Shown: one piece after another, positions 1 to 15,568 of the stretch
Position numbering within the stretch: the first letter of the stretch is position 1
How the letters are laid out: each line of letters starts with the position of its first letter
NCBI RefSeq assembly: GCF_009914755.1
Contig: NC_060930.1
DNA from: the human T2T-CHM13v2.0 reference genome, Homo sapiens
Length of the DNA stretch: 64,000 bases
Reading direction: 5' to 3' (one strand)
Made by a program: the position numbers and the translations under genes
Notes under the pieces: model-generated
What the model was told of the DNA's origin: nothing
Databases searched by the model: none
The model's input: only the letters and a program-made list of their open reading frames with translations

Positions 1-567
1 TTTTTTTCCTTTAGTACTTTTTATTGTGAAACATGACACCTGGAAAATTGCTAAATTTACAGGTCAATAAATTATTACAGTGTGACCATCCATGTAAGCA
101 GTGTGATCATCCATGTAAGCAGCATAACCCCTCTAAAGAAGTGGAAGATTGCACCATGGAAATCTACTTTGCAGTCCCTCTTAGAAATTACTATACCACC
201 CTCCCCCGAACTTGCTGAGAGATACAGCCATGTGCATGGTTTTTATTTTTGTTAATCATTGATTAAAAAGTAATAATTTTTATTGATAATTTTATTGCTT
301 TAAAAAATAGTTTTACTCTTTGTATTCCCAAGCATTATTGATTAGTTTTGCATGGTTTTGAATTTATGTAAGTAAATTATGCTTAGAAGATTCATGCATA
401 CTCTTTTGTATATGTATATATATAGCTGTATTTATTCATTTTCATGACTATTTTACAATCGATTCTGTTGAAGGACTTTTGGGAGGTAAGAAATCATTAT
501 ACAAATAATGATGTTAGATATTTTTTCACACATGTTTCTTAGTGCATGTGTGCACATATTTCTGTAT

Positions 568-1011
568 GTGATATATTGTCACATTAATGGCTCCAATTCT
601 TCATCTCTCTTTGTATCTACATTCATCCTCATATAATTTTGTATCATCCTCTCACTTTGAATCTGGAACCAGCCATGTGACTTCGTTTTCACCAAAGGGA
701 TTTTAGCGATAAATAATGTAAATACAGCCTTATAAAACACTTATGTTGCTGAGTTTTCTTGTTCCTGCTTCTGTGCCATCATTAGGAGAATCATCCAAAT
801 ATATCCTAAAATAAAATAAAAAACAAATGGCCTATGGCCCTGTTGTCCCAGCAGAGAACCAGCTAACTGCCAGACACATGGGTAAATCCTGCTGAGACCC
901 AGAGAAAATCTAGCCAAGCTAGCTACATCACCTGATTGTAGAATTGTAAGGCAAAAATAAATGTTTATTGCTGTATGCCATTAAGGTTTTGTGGTTGCTA
1001 TCAAGTATTAT
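568..1011 (+). mobile_element. Old MaLR LTR (MLT1-type)
   Basis: Starts tgtg; MLT1-like motifs (gccatgtgacttcgtttt, ccagctaactgccagacacatg) and end aataaatgtttattgctgtatgccattaaggttttgtggttg; subfamily uncertain. Confidence 0.7.
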
Positions 1012-1090
1012 TTGTTATGGAATTTGTGTTTCCCCAAAAATTCACATATTGAAGCCCTATTCCAATATGATGGTATTTGGAGATGGGACC
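1012..1090 (+). mobile_element. 5' stub of MLT1A/MST-type LTR
   Basis: tgttatggaatttgtgtttccccaaaaattcacatattgaagccc...ggtatttggagatggg is the typical MaLR LTR start; interrupted at 1091 and never resumes. Confidence 0.7.
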
Positions 1091-1840
1091 TGTGATATTG
1101 TAAAATATATATTTGGTCTTTGCCTTGTTTATGGCATACAACACCAAAAATCCTTAGAATCCCCAAAGTGTTATCTTTTTGTGTGCTATTGATTGACTGA
1201 TGGCTGGCAGTCCCTAGGTAGCTTCAAAATGAGGGCTGATAACTGGAAAAATGAAGGCATGATTAGAGGTTTGCTAACTTTCAGCCCTGCCCCTGACTTC
1301 CCAGGAGGGGAGAGAGGCTGAAGTAAATTAATTTGATGGCCAATGGCCAATGGCCAATGGTTTAGTTGATCACATCTATGTAATAAGGCCTCCATAGAAA
1401 CCGAAGAGAACAGTTCAGAGAGCTCTGAATAGCTGAACACATGGAGGTTCCTGGAGGATGGTATGCCTGGGGTGAGCATGGAAACTGAGCATGGAAACTT
1501 TGCACTCCTTCCCCCATACCTGATCCTGTGCATCTCTTCACCCGTATCCTTTGTAATAACCTTTATAATAAACCAGTAAATATAAGTACTTTCCTGAGTT
1601 CTGTGAGTCACTCTAGCAAATTAATTGAACCCAAAGAGGAAATTACTTGAACACCAATTGAAGATAATTGGTCAGAAGTTCCAGAGGCCAGGACTTGAGA
1701 GTCTATGAAGTAGGGCAGTTTTGTGGAGCTGAGCCCCCAGTCTGTATTACGTGATGCTGTCTCCAGATAGACAGTGTGAAAATTGAATCAAAGGACCCCA
1801 AGCTGGTGTCCACTGCAAAATTGATTGCTTGCCTGGAGTG
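1091..1840 (+). mobile_element. MER21-type LTR, 3' truncated
   Basis: Begins tgtgatattgtaaaatatatatttggtctt like MER21; characteristic body (ccaatggccaatgg, tataataaaccagtaaa). Confidence 0.85.
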
Positions 1841-1843
1841 TGC

Positions 1844-2350
1844 AAGTGCAAGGTGAGGCAGCAAGTACTCATGTGGATGTTGCAACAAGCACCCAGAAGA
1901 TGTAGCTAAGATAATTGATGAAGATAGCTACACTAAATAAAAGATTTTCAGTAGAGATGAAACACCCTTTTTTTGGAAGATGTCATCTAGGACTTTCATA
2001 GATAGAGAGGAGAAATCAGTGCCTAGCTTCAAAGCTTCAGAGGGAGAGTCGGACTCTTTTTTTAGGGGTTAATCCAGTGGTAACTCTAAGTTGAAGCCAA
2101 TGCTCATTTACCATTCCAAAACTTCTAGTGCCCTTAAGAATTATGCTAAATCTTTTCTGCCCGTGCTCTGTAAATGAAACAACCTAGCCTGAATGATAAT
2201 AATTTTATTTACAGCATGGTTCTTGGATATTTTAAGCCCACTATTGAGGCCCTCTGCTCAGAAAAATGATTTCTTTCAAATTATTGCTGCGCATTGACAA
2301 TACCCCTGGTCACCCAAGAGCTCTGATGATGTGCAAGGATATGAATGTTG
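1844..2350 (+). mobile_element. Tigger1 internal transposase fragment
   Basis: Matches recalled Tigger1 transposase DNA (aagtgcaaggtgaggcagcaagt...gcccttaagaattatgctaaatc...cacccaagagctctgatg); ORF 2266 reads LLRIDNTPGHPRALM; no TIRs. Confidence 0.9.
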
Positions 2351-3498
2351 CAGCAGTAGTGGAGGCAGCACTCCTCCACTCTGGGGGTGTGGAGGGTCCT
2401 GCTGGTGACTGTGCATGCAATCATGCTGATGGTGCTGTTAGTGCAGGGATGGAGTGCTGGGATTAAGACAAAGGTGGCTGCTCAGGATGGGGAAGAGTCC
2501 ACTGTTCTCCATGCCCAGTTTTACTCCAAAAGCAGTGTTGGTGCAGGGGTGGGGGGCTAGTGGGGGTGGGGCTGGTAGGCTCTGTGCCCACCAAGGCTCC
2601 AGTTGTAATGGTGGTAAGGTGGGGGTAAAGGTAAGGAGTGTACTCATGCTGGCAGCAGTGGCAGGGCAGGATGCATGCACACATGTGTGCTGGCAGGACA
2701 AAGAAGGCAAGATCCACCGTGTATGCACACATCAGCGAAGCAATATTGTGGTCGGGGGTTGGCTGTGGGCTCAGGGAAAGCTGCAGAGTTGGGAGGGAGT
2801 AGACGGGCTGATGTGTGTCCATGATGGCCTCTCTGTTGGAGCTCTCTGCTAGTCAGCTGTAGTCCTCCAGCACAGGAACTATGATGTGGGCCCTCAGGTG
2901 AGGCTGCACTGCAAACAGGCATAACAAGACTGCAGCCTCAGGAGAGGCCAGAAGACCAAGGCGTCCTCAGATCAGACCAGCTCTATCTGATGAGCAAGAC
3001 CGCTCTGCAGAGTTCAGGTGTGGCAATTCTCCTAGGGCTAAAATCTACGTGAGCAAGTCAAGCCTAGGAGGCTGTGCTCCACTATAGATGATCCAATAAC
3101 AAATCCTATGGGCTCTGTGCTGCCTGTAGTGCTTCCCCTATCACTTCTCTAAGCAGCTTTTCCTGCCAACTCAAGTGTCTGTGGTAGGCGAGGAGTCTCC
3201 TCCTGCCAGGATTCCAGAGGCCCAGAATTCTTGAGACTGGCAGTAAGAGTGGGTTGCTCCTTTCCAGTTCAACTCACCTGTTTCCCTAGAGTTGTGAGGG
3301 GCCAGGAATGAGTCCTAGTGTTGGTAGCCTCATGAAGCGTTCCCAGCTTCCTCCCCCTTCAGCCCAACTTCTGTGTTCTCCCTCTGTCCACTCTCAGTGC
3401 CTTCTCTCTGAAGATCTGTTAGGAGTGCACCAGTTTACTGGTCCCTTGGTGGCAACTGTTCCACCTGGCTATGTCTAGTCAGTCATCTTGTCCAACTC
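2351..3498 (-). mobile_element. 5'UTR fragment of an old L1P (L1PA13-16/L1PB-type)
   Basis: GC-rich; minus strand begins GGACAAGATGACTGACTAGACATAGCCAGGTGGAACAG, an L1 5' start with a degenerate YY1 motif. Confidence 0.75.
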
Positions 3499-3519
3499 AA
3501 TACGTTGTAAATGCATCAA

Positions 3520-3862
3520 CATTAATGTGTTGCTGAATGACAAGGATGCTTCTGAAAAGTGCATTGTTAGGTCATTTTGTCATTGTGGGAACAACATAGA
3601 GTATATAATATATTTACACAAACCCAAGGGATAGCCTATTATAAACTTAGGCTGTATGGTATAGCCTATTGTTCCTTGGCCACAAACTTATACAGCATGT
3701 TACTGTACTGAATACTGCAGGCAATTGTCACACAATGGTAAGTATTTGTGTATCTAAACATAGAAAAAGTACACTAAAAATATGGCTTTATAATCTTATG
3801 GGAACGCCATTATATATATGGTACATTGTTGACCAAAACATTGTTATTTGGCTCATAACAGG
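3520..3862 (-). mobile_element. Tigger3a (MER7A) MITE
   Basis: acagcatgttactgtactgaatactgcaggcaattgtcacacaatggtaagtatttgtgtatctaaacatagaaaa matches Tigger3a; about 340 bp, degenerate TIRs. Confidence 0.9.
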
Positions 3863-5105
3863 AATTAGGTAATTCATCAAGAATGAGATCATGAACAAAG
3901 GAAAGAAAATATTACTTTCAATTGCAACATGATCGCCTCATCATTTGTAACCAGTAAAGAAGTTTGGGGTTACCTGAAAAAATTTATTAATTTCTTTCCT
4001 TGTAGAATTATCTCTAAAGATTCTGTGGATCTTTTAAATTAGAGTAACAACCAACATTCTTTTATGCTTTTCCTATTCTTTCCTGATATCTGACATAATT
4101 AATTTTTCCAGGCTCCCTACTGAGAGGGGTTCCTTTTTACTCCGTTTGTTCAATATGAAATTAAAGTCCAGAGCATTCTAGGCAACTACAAGGATGTAAT
4201 TTCCTCATCAGAGTTTCTTCCATGTTGTACCTTGAGCCAGAATAAAAAGATAAAATCTTTGTGGAATGGGTTGAAGGTTCACTGACTCCTTCAGGCATCT
4301 GCTGGAATCCTCAAAAGAGGACACTGGAAAGGCTGAGAGTGGTAAAAACAAAAAATGTAGCAGTGCAGGAAACGGGCATGAGCAACAATGTGTGAAAGCA
4401 ACAATGTCTCAAAGTTTTAATTATCTCATGGCCAAGAACAAACTCTTCTTCCTCTAAAACTGGTCATGTTTTCATGACTCCTTCTCCCTGAATAATATCC
4501 TCTTTCTCCCCATTACTCAGGCACAAATCTTCTACCACTTACCAGGAGCTGTGGATTTGGCCTATGGAATGCCTCTCATTTCTCCTTTATTTCCATTACT
4601 GCTGTAGAATTTCAGTGTGGCATAACCTCATCTCTGAACTACAGTTTCTAAATCTATGTCTATCTATGTTAATTGCTCCTAATTTATGGGTCATTTGTCT
4701 CTCCTCAAGCCAACACATCTTCCACACTGCCAGGAGATACTTATCCCTATTGCTACTGATTAATGTTTGAAAAATTCCAATCTCCCTGTTGCCATGAGAA
4801 TAAAGTTAAAAAAGGGTACCCATAGCAAATACACAAAGGCCATTGCAATTGGGCTTCAGTTTAACAGTGTACATTTTTCTTTTTTTATTATGTTATTATT
4901 ATTATACTTTAAGTTTTAGGGTACATGAGCACAATGTGCAGATTTATTACATATGTTTACATGTGCCATGTTGGTGTGCTGCACCCATTAACTCGTCATT
5001 TAGCATTAGGTATATCTCCTAATGCTATCCCTCCACCCTACCCGCACCCCACAACAGGCCCCGGTATGTGATGTTCCCCTTCGTGTGTCCATATGTTCTC
5101 ATTGT

Positions 5106-8920
<3,815 letters not shown>

Positions 8921-8983
8921 TATGATGTTAGCTGGTTATTTTGCTCGTTAGTTGATGCAGTTTCTTCCTAGCCTTGAAGGTCT

Positions 8984-9990
8984 TTACAATTTGGCATGTT
9001 TTTGCAGTGGCTGGTACCAGTTGTTCCTTTCCATGTTTAGTGCTTCCTTCAGGAGCTCTTGTAGGGCAGTGACAAAATCTCTCAGCATTTGCTTATCTGC
9101 AAAGTATTTTACTTCTCCTTCACTTATGAAGCTTAGTTTGGCTGGATATGAAATTCTTGATTGAAAATTCTTTTCTTTAAGAATATTGAATATTGGCCCC
9201 CAGTCTCTTCTGGCTTGTAGAGTTTTTGCTGAGAGATCAGCTGTTAGTCTGATGGGCTTCCCTTTGAGGGTAACCCGACCTTTCTCTCTGGCTGCCCTTA
9301 ACATTTTTTCCTTCATTTCAACTTTGGTGAATCTGACAATTATGTGTGTTGGCGTTGCTCTTCTCAAGGAGTATCTTTGTGGCATTCTCTGTATTTCCTG
9401 AATTTGAATGTTGGCCTGCCTTGCTATATTGGGGGAGCTCTCCTGGACAATATCCTGTAGGGTGTTTTCCAACTTGGTTCCATTCTCCCCATCACTTTCT
9501 GGTACACCAATCAGACATAGATTTGGTCTTTTCACATAGCCCCATATTTCTTGGAGGCTTTGTTCATTTCTTTTTATTCTTTTTTCTCTAAACTTCTCTT
9601 CTTGCTCCATTTCATTCATTTCGTCTTCCATCGCTGATACCCTTTCTTCTAGTTGATCACATCGGCTACTGAGGCTTGTGCATTTGTCACGTAAGTCTTG
9701 TGCCATGGTTTTCAGCTCCATCAGGTCCTTTAAGGACTTCTCTGCATGGTTATTCTAGTTAGCCATTCATCTAATTTTTTTTCAAGGTTTTTAACTTCTT
9801 TGCCATTGGTTTGAACTTCCTCCTTTAGCTCGGAGTAGTTTGTTCTTCTGAAGCCTTCTTCTCTCAATTCGTCAAATTCATTCTCTGTCCATCTTTGTTC
9901 CATTGCTAGTGAGGAGCTGCATTCCTTTGGAGGAGGAGAGGCACTCTGATTTTTAGAGTTTCCGGTTTTGCTGCTCTGTTTTTTCCCCAT
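8984..9990 (-). pseudogene. L1 ORF1, frameshifted
   Basis: MGKKQSSKTGNSK (9730-9990) and a 245-aa C-terminal part with REKG, ARR and YPAKLS in another frame; in-frame loss of 3 codons in VTTRPAL. Confidence 0.95.
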
Positions 9991-10566
9991 CTTTGTGGTT
10001 TTATCTACCTTTGGTCTTTGATGATGGTGACATACAGATGGGTTTTTAGTGTGGATGTCCTTTCTGTTTGTTAGTTTTCCTTCTAATAGTCAGGACCCTC
10101 AGCTGCAGGTCTGTTGGAGTTTACTGGAGGTCCACTCCAGACCCTGTTTTCCTAGGTATCAGCAGTGGTGGCTGCAGAACATTGGATATTGGTGAACCAC
10201 AAATGCTGCTGCCTGATCATTCCTCTGGAAGTTTTGTCTCAGAGGAGTACCCGGCTGTGTGGGGTGTCAGTCCACCCCTACTGGGGGGGTGCCTCCCAGT
10301 TAGGCTACTTGGGGGTCAGGGACCCACTTGAGGAGGCAGTCTGCCCATTCTCAGATCTCCAGCTGTGTTCTGGGAGAACCACTACTCTCTTCAAAGCTGT
10401 CAGACAGGGACATTTAAGTCTGCAGAGGTTACTGCTGCCTTTTGTTTGTCTGTGCCCTGCCCCCAGAGGTGGTGCCTACAAAGGGAGGCAGGTCTCCTTG
10501 AGCTGTGGTGGGCTCCACCCAGTTCGAGCTTCCAGGTCGCTTTGTTTACCTACTCAAGCCTTGGCA

Positions 10567-10738
10567 ATTGTGGGCACCCCTCCCCCAGCCTCACTGCTGC
10601 CTTGCAGTTTGATCTCAGACTGCTGTGCTAGCAGTCAGCGAGGCTCTGTGGGCGTAGGACCCTCCGAGTCAGGTGCGGGATATAATCTCCTGGTGTGCCA
10701 TTTGTTAAGCCCATTGGAAAAGCACAGTATTAGGGTGG
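10567..10738 (+). pseudogene. L1 antisense ORF0 remnant (ATG>ATT), cut by LTR12C
   Basis: Translates IVGTPPPASLLPCSLISDCCASSQRGSVGVGPSESGAGYNL...IRV, matching ORF0; the remainder resumes after 12080. Confidence 0.85.
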
Positions 10739-12076
10739 TGTGTCTGGAATTGGTGGCTTCTTGGTCTCACTGACTTCAAGAATGAAGCCGTGGACCCTCA
10801 CGGTGTATATTACAGTTCTTAAAGGTGGCGTGTCTGGAGTTTGTTCCTTCTGATGTTCTAATATGTTCAGAGTTTCTTCCTTCTGGTGGGTTTGTGTTCT
10901 TGCTGGCTCAGGAGTGAAGCTGAAGACCTTCACAGTGAGTGTTACAGCTCTTAAGGCGGTGCGTCTGGAGTTGTTTGTTCCTCCCAGTGGGTTCGTGGTC
11001 TCACTGGCTTCAGGAGTGAAGCTGCAGACCTTCACAGTGAGTGCTACAGCTCATAAAGACAGTGTGATCCCAAAGAGTGAGCAGTAGCAAGATTTATTGC
11101 AAAGAGAGAAAGAACAAAGCTTCCACAGTGTGGAAGGGGACCCAAGTGGTTTGCCACTGCTGGCTTGGGCAGCCTGCTTTTATTTTCTTATCTGGCCCCA
11201 CCCACATCCTGCTGATTGGTAGAGCTGAGTGGTCTGTTTTGACAGGGCACTGATTGGTGCATTTACAATCACTGAGGTAGACACAAAGGTTCTCCACGTC
11301 CCCCCCAGAGTAGCTAGATACAGAGTGTCGATTGGTGCATTCACAAACCCTGAGCTAGACACAGGGTGCTGATTGGTGTGTTTACAAACCTTGAGCTAGA
11401 TACAGAGTGCCAATTGGTGTATTTACAATCCCTTAGCTAGACATAAAGGTTCTCCACATCCCCACCAGACTCAGGAGCCCAACTGGCTTCACCCAATGGA
11501 TCCCGCACCAGAACTGCAGGTGGAACAGCCTGCCAGTCCCGTGCCGTGCGCCCGCACTCCTCAGCCCTTGGGTGGTCAATGGGACTGGGCGCCGTGGAGC
11601 AGGGGGCGGTGCTCACTGGGGAGGCTTGGCCCATACAGGAGCCCACGGAGGGGGTGGGAGGCTCAGGCATGGCGGGCTGCAGGTCCCGAGCCCTGCCCCA
11701 TGGGAAGGCAGCTAAGGCCCTGCGAGAAATTGAGCACAGCAGTTGCTGGCCCAGATGCTAAGCCCCTCACTGCCTGGGGCTGGTGGGGCCGGCTGGCCGC
11801 TCTGAGTGCAGGGTCTGCCAGGCCCACACCCACCTGGAACTCACGCTGGCCCGCAAGCACCGCGTGCAGCCCCGGTTCCCACCTGCGCCTCTCCCTCCAC
11901 ACCTCCCTGCAAGCTGAGGGAGCCGGCTCCGGCCTTGGCCAGCCCAGAAAGGGGCTCCTGCAGTGCAGCAGCAGGCTGAAGGGCTCCTCAAGTGCTGCCA
12001 AAGCGGGAGCCCAGGCAGAGGAGGTGCCGAGAGCAAGCAAGGGCTGTGAGGACTGCCAGCATGCTGTCACCTCTCA
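10739..12076 (-). mobile_element. Solo LTR12C (HERV9 LTR)
   Basis: TG..CA termini (minus strand TGAGAGGTGACAGC...CCAATTCCAGACACA); 4-bp TSD gtgg at 10735-10738 and 12077-12080; tandem U3 and U5 repeats. Confidence 0.95.
11090..11445 (-). promoter_or_regulatory. LTR12 enhancer/promoter core
   Basis: Five attgg (CCAAT on minus) boxes at about 11215, 11253, 11331, 11372 and 11413, with agata motifs in about 41-bp repeats; AATAAAA TATA-like element near 11180; poly(A) signal at 11093-11098. Confidence 0.75.
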
Positions 12077-12502
12077 GTGGGAGTGACCCAATTTTCCAGG
12101 TGCCATCTGTCACACCTTTCTTTGACTAGGAAAGGGAATTCCCTGACCCCTTGTGCTTCCCAGATGAGGTGATGCCTCACCCTGCTTCAGCTCACGCACA
12201 GTGCACTGCACCCACTGTCCTGCACCCACTGTCCGGCACTCCCCAGTGAGACGAACCCGGTACCTCAGTTGGAAATACAGAAATTGCCTGTCTTCTGTGT
12301 TGCTCACACTGGGAGCTGTAGACTGGAGCTATTCCTATTCAGCCATCTTGGCTCCCAGGAATCAAGAGTGTACATTTTTCATTCCTAAAACAAAGTTTAC
12401 TTTCCTGCATTAGACTATTGCCTATGATTTTATCATTTTTGTTTCCTCACAAAGAAAATATTTTCTTCTTTTTGAAATCATGTCTGTTGACATTATACAC
12501 AT

Positions 12503-12930
12503 TTTTCTTCATTTGTGTTATTATAAAGGAATACCTGAGACTTGGTAATTTACAAAGAAAAGAGGTGTATTTGGCTCACCATTCTGCAGGCTGTACATGA
12601 TGCGTAGCACCAACATCTGCTTCTGATGACAGTCTTAAGAAGCTTCCACTTACAGCAGAAGGTCAGTGCATGAAAATCACATGGCAAGAGAGGAAGCAAG
12701 AAAGAGAGAGAAAGTATCAGGCTCTTTTTAACAACCAGCCCTAGAGGAAACTCCTGTGGGGACTATAAAGCGAGAACTCATTCATTACCATGAGGGTGAG
12801 ACCAAGTCATTCACAAGAGATCCAGACCCATGACTCAAACACTTCCCACCAGGCCCCACCTCCAACACTGAGGATCAAATTTCAACATGAAACTCAGTGA
12901 AGGCAAACAAACCATATCCAAACTGTAGCA
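12503..12930 (-). mobile_element. MSTB-type MaLR solo LTR
   Basis: MST body ending ccaaactgtagca; 5-bp TSD cacat at 12498-12502 and 12931-12935. Confidence 0.9.
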
Positions 12931-13047
12931 CACATCTCATGAGGTTAAGCTCAAATGATACTTTTTCTATGAAACATTCTTTAATACCTTCAGTTGAACT
13001 TAGTCTTCATCCCCACAGTTCTCTCAAAGCTCTTTGAAGTTTCATTA

Positions 13048-13195
13048 CAGCAGCACTTGTTACACTTTACTGTGCATTGAATCCCCTGGGGATTTTGTTG
13101 AAATGCAGAGTCCAATTCAGTAGTTCTGGGGTGGAGCTCCCAGGGGTTTCCCATGCTGCTGCATGGTGGACCTGCTTCAAGGATCAGGGTAGCAG
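13048..13195. mobile_element. MER5-type hAT MITE
   Basis: gaatcccctggggattttgttgaaatgcaga...ttcagtagttctggggtggag motif. Confidence 0.65.
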
Positions 13196-13982
13196 CATTT
13201 ATTGAGATGCAGGATTTCTCACCATTCTGCCTTTTCTTGGAGTCTGCTGGAAAGAGAGCTTCCTCCCCCAAAAGACTGCAGGCCCTTGGTTGTATCTATG
13301 TTCCACACACTTCTCATTTTTGTGCCTTTTTGGTAATTCTGGTAAAATGTCCAGCCAATGAAGCAATTGAAATGAAACTCAAGATTAATATCAAAACTGT
13401 GCCTTGTCTGAGAATTTATTTCCCATATCCTAGATGGGCTAAAACTCTTTAGTAGTGCAGACAGCATAGCCTTGCTGGGTAGGTACTCTTATTTACCCTT
13501 TGATTTGTTGTCCTTTCATTCAAGAGAATAAGCAGGAGTTCCTTCATCTTACAGTACCAAGGTTTGTTCCCTGAGGGACATCATGCACTGACCTCATGCC
13601 CTCTGATAATTTTTCCATTTGTCTCCACATTAAATGGCTCAGCTAGAAATAAAATTGGTAACTGCAGTAATCTCTGCAGGTTCTTCAATTGTAAACAGTG
13701 AACACTGTCCAATATGTCAGCTTTAAGCATCCCTTTTATCCCCATTATCTTTAATCTATCATCTCTGAAAACTAGAACTAGACTTTTCCTAGGAAGCTTA
13801 CCTAAACTTATAAAATTTGTAAGTTTAATTTTTACCATTTTTTCAAGTTAACTTGGCTGTCTTTTTCTATAGGTATGAAGGATACTTCATCTATTTGTCA
13901 AAAAGGGCAAAGGTATAAGAATATCTCCTTTGCTGTTCAGAAGCCTTTCTTAAGTTTTAGCTCTTATTGCTGAGCCTGCTGG

Positions 13983-14977
13983 TGAAACCACCATTGCAAA
14001 CTTATAACTGAGACAGTGAAAGAGATCAGATCTAACTGACTCCATCTTGCCTCTAATCTTTAAGCTGTCCTTGTTCATTTCTGGGCATAGGTCAAACTTA
14101 CCTTAGGGATGAACTTAGTTTATGGTTCAGTTTTGAACAAAGACGATAACAGACCTTTTTACTGCTACTCAATTCAGCCTCCCCAGTAATTTGGGGACTG
14201 GAGTTTTTAAGGATGATTTGGTGGGTAGGGAGCCAGTAAATTGGGATTCTGCTTGATCAGGTCAGAGATGAAATCATAGGGAGTTGAAGCTGTCCTCTTG
14301 CACTGAGTATAGGTATGAGGGAAACTTCATCTATTTGTCAAAAAGTGCAAAGGCAAAATATAATTCAGAATTATAACTGAGACAGTGAAGATCAGACCAA
14401 ATTGACTCCATCTTCCTTCTAATCTTTAAGCTGTCTTTGTTCACTTATGGGCATAGGCTAAACTAACCTTAGGAAGGAGCTCAGTTTATGGTTCAGCTTT
14501 GAAACAAATATAACATCCCTTTCCCAAAACAAATCCCCTTCCTACCTGGGGACTAGGCTGCCTTTGTAGGATTAACAAAATAGCCAAAAGATTTAGAAAT
14601 TATGATTTAGGAGTCATGCAGATGGAGACGGCAAGATTCTAAACCTCCCCAAGATGCAGATCAATAAACTGTCTCATCTGGTCCTGTGGCCTCCACCCAG
14701 GAACTGACTCAGTGCAAGAGGACAGCTTCAGCTCCCTATGATTTCATCTTCAACCTGACCAATCAGAACTCTCAATTCACTGCCCCCCTACCCATTAAAT
14801 TATCCTTTAAATCTCCAGTTCCTGAATTACTGGGGAGAATGATTTGAGTTATAATAAAACTCTAGCCTCCTACACAGCTGGCTCTGTATGAATTGCTCTT
14901 TCTCTATTGCAATTCCCATGTCTTGATAAATCAGCTTTGTCTAGGCAGTAGGCAAGGCGAACACATTGGTGGTTACA
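13983..14977 (+). mobile_element. LTR8/LTR8A solo LTR with internal rearrangement
   Basis: Starts tgaaaccaccattgcaaa, ends ggtggttaca; 4-bp TSD ctgg at 13979-13982 and 14978-14981. Confidence 0.9.
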
Positions 14978-14995
14978 CTGGGATTCCAATGGGGA

Positions 14996-15568
14996 TGTGG
15001 TAGGCAGCTTCTTCAATGGCTGGCAATGATCCTCACCTCCTGGTATTCATGGCTTTGTGTAACCCCTTCCCTCTGAGTATGGCTGGACCTAGTGAATTAC
15101 CTCTAATGAATAGAAGATGACAAAAGTGATAGGATGTCATTTCTGAGATTAGATTTTAAAAGATTCTGAGTTCCATCTTCCTTGTATATCTTCTTTCTCT
15201 GTTTTTCTTGCTTGCACACTTTGATGAAAAAAATGTCATGTTGGAAATGCCTCATGGCAAGGAATTGAGGATGATCTCTAACCAACAGCCAGTGAAGAAC
15301 TGAAGCCTTTAGTCCAACAACACACAAAGAACTGTATCCTGCCAACAACTACATGAGTGAACTTGGAAGTGGTTCCTTACCCAGTCAAGCCATGAGAAGA
15401 AGGCAGTTATCATCTTGACTGTAGCCTTATGAAATACCTTGAGCCAGAGGACTCAACTAAGAGGTATCTAGATTTCTAGCCCACAGAAACTGTGAGATTA
15501 TACATGTTTGTTGCTTTCAGCCACTAGGTTTGAGAAGATTTGTTATACAGCAAGAATTAGTTAATATA
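14996..15568 (+). mobile_element. MLT1F-type LTR
   Basis: Start tgtggtaggcagc...aatgatcctcacctcctggtattca; end ttgttatacagcaa...taatata. Confidence 0.85.

Noticed and set aside
33-218. ORF with repeated QCDHPCK
   Set aside because: Produced by a 21-bp tandem duplication (78-119) in degenerate L1M-like DNA; no other coding evidence.
2351-3498. GC-rich block with overlapping ORFs, possible gene promoter or exon
   Set aside because: Explained as an old L1 5'UTR; CpG-poor.
10760-11445. Spaced repeats resembling a CRISPR array
   Set aside because: Normal LTR12 U3/U5 tandem repeats; no unique spacers, no cas genes, primate context.
11437-12086. 196-aa and 135-aa ORFs
   Set aside because: Stop-poor GC-rich LTR12 U3 sequence.
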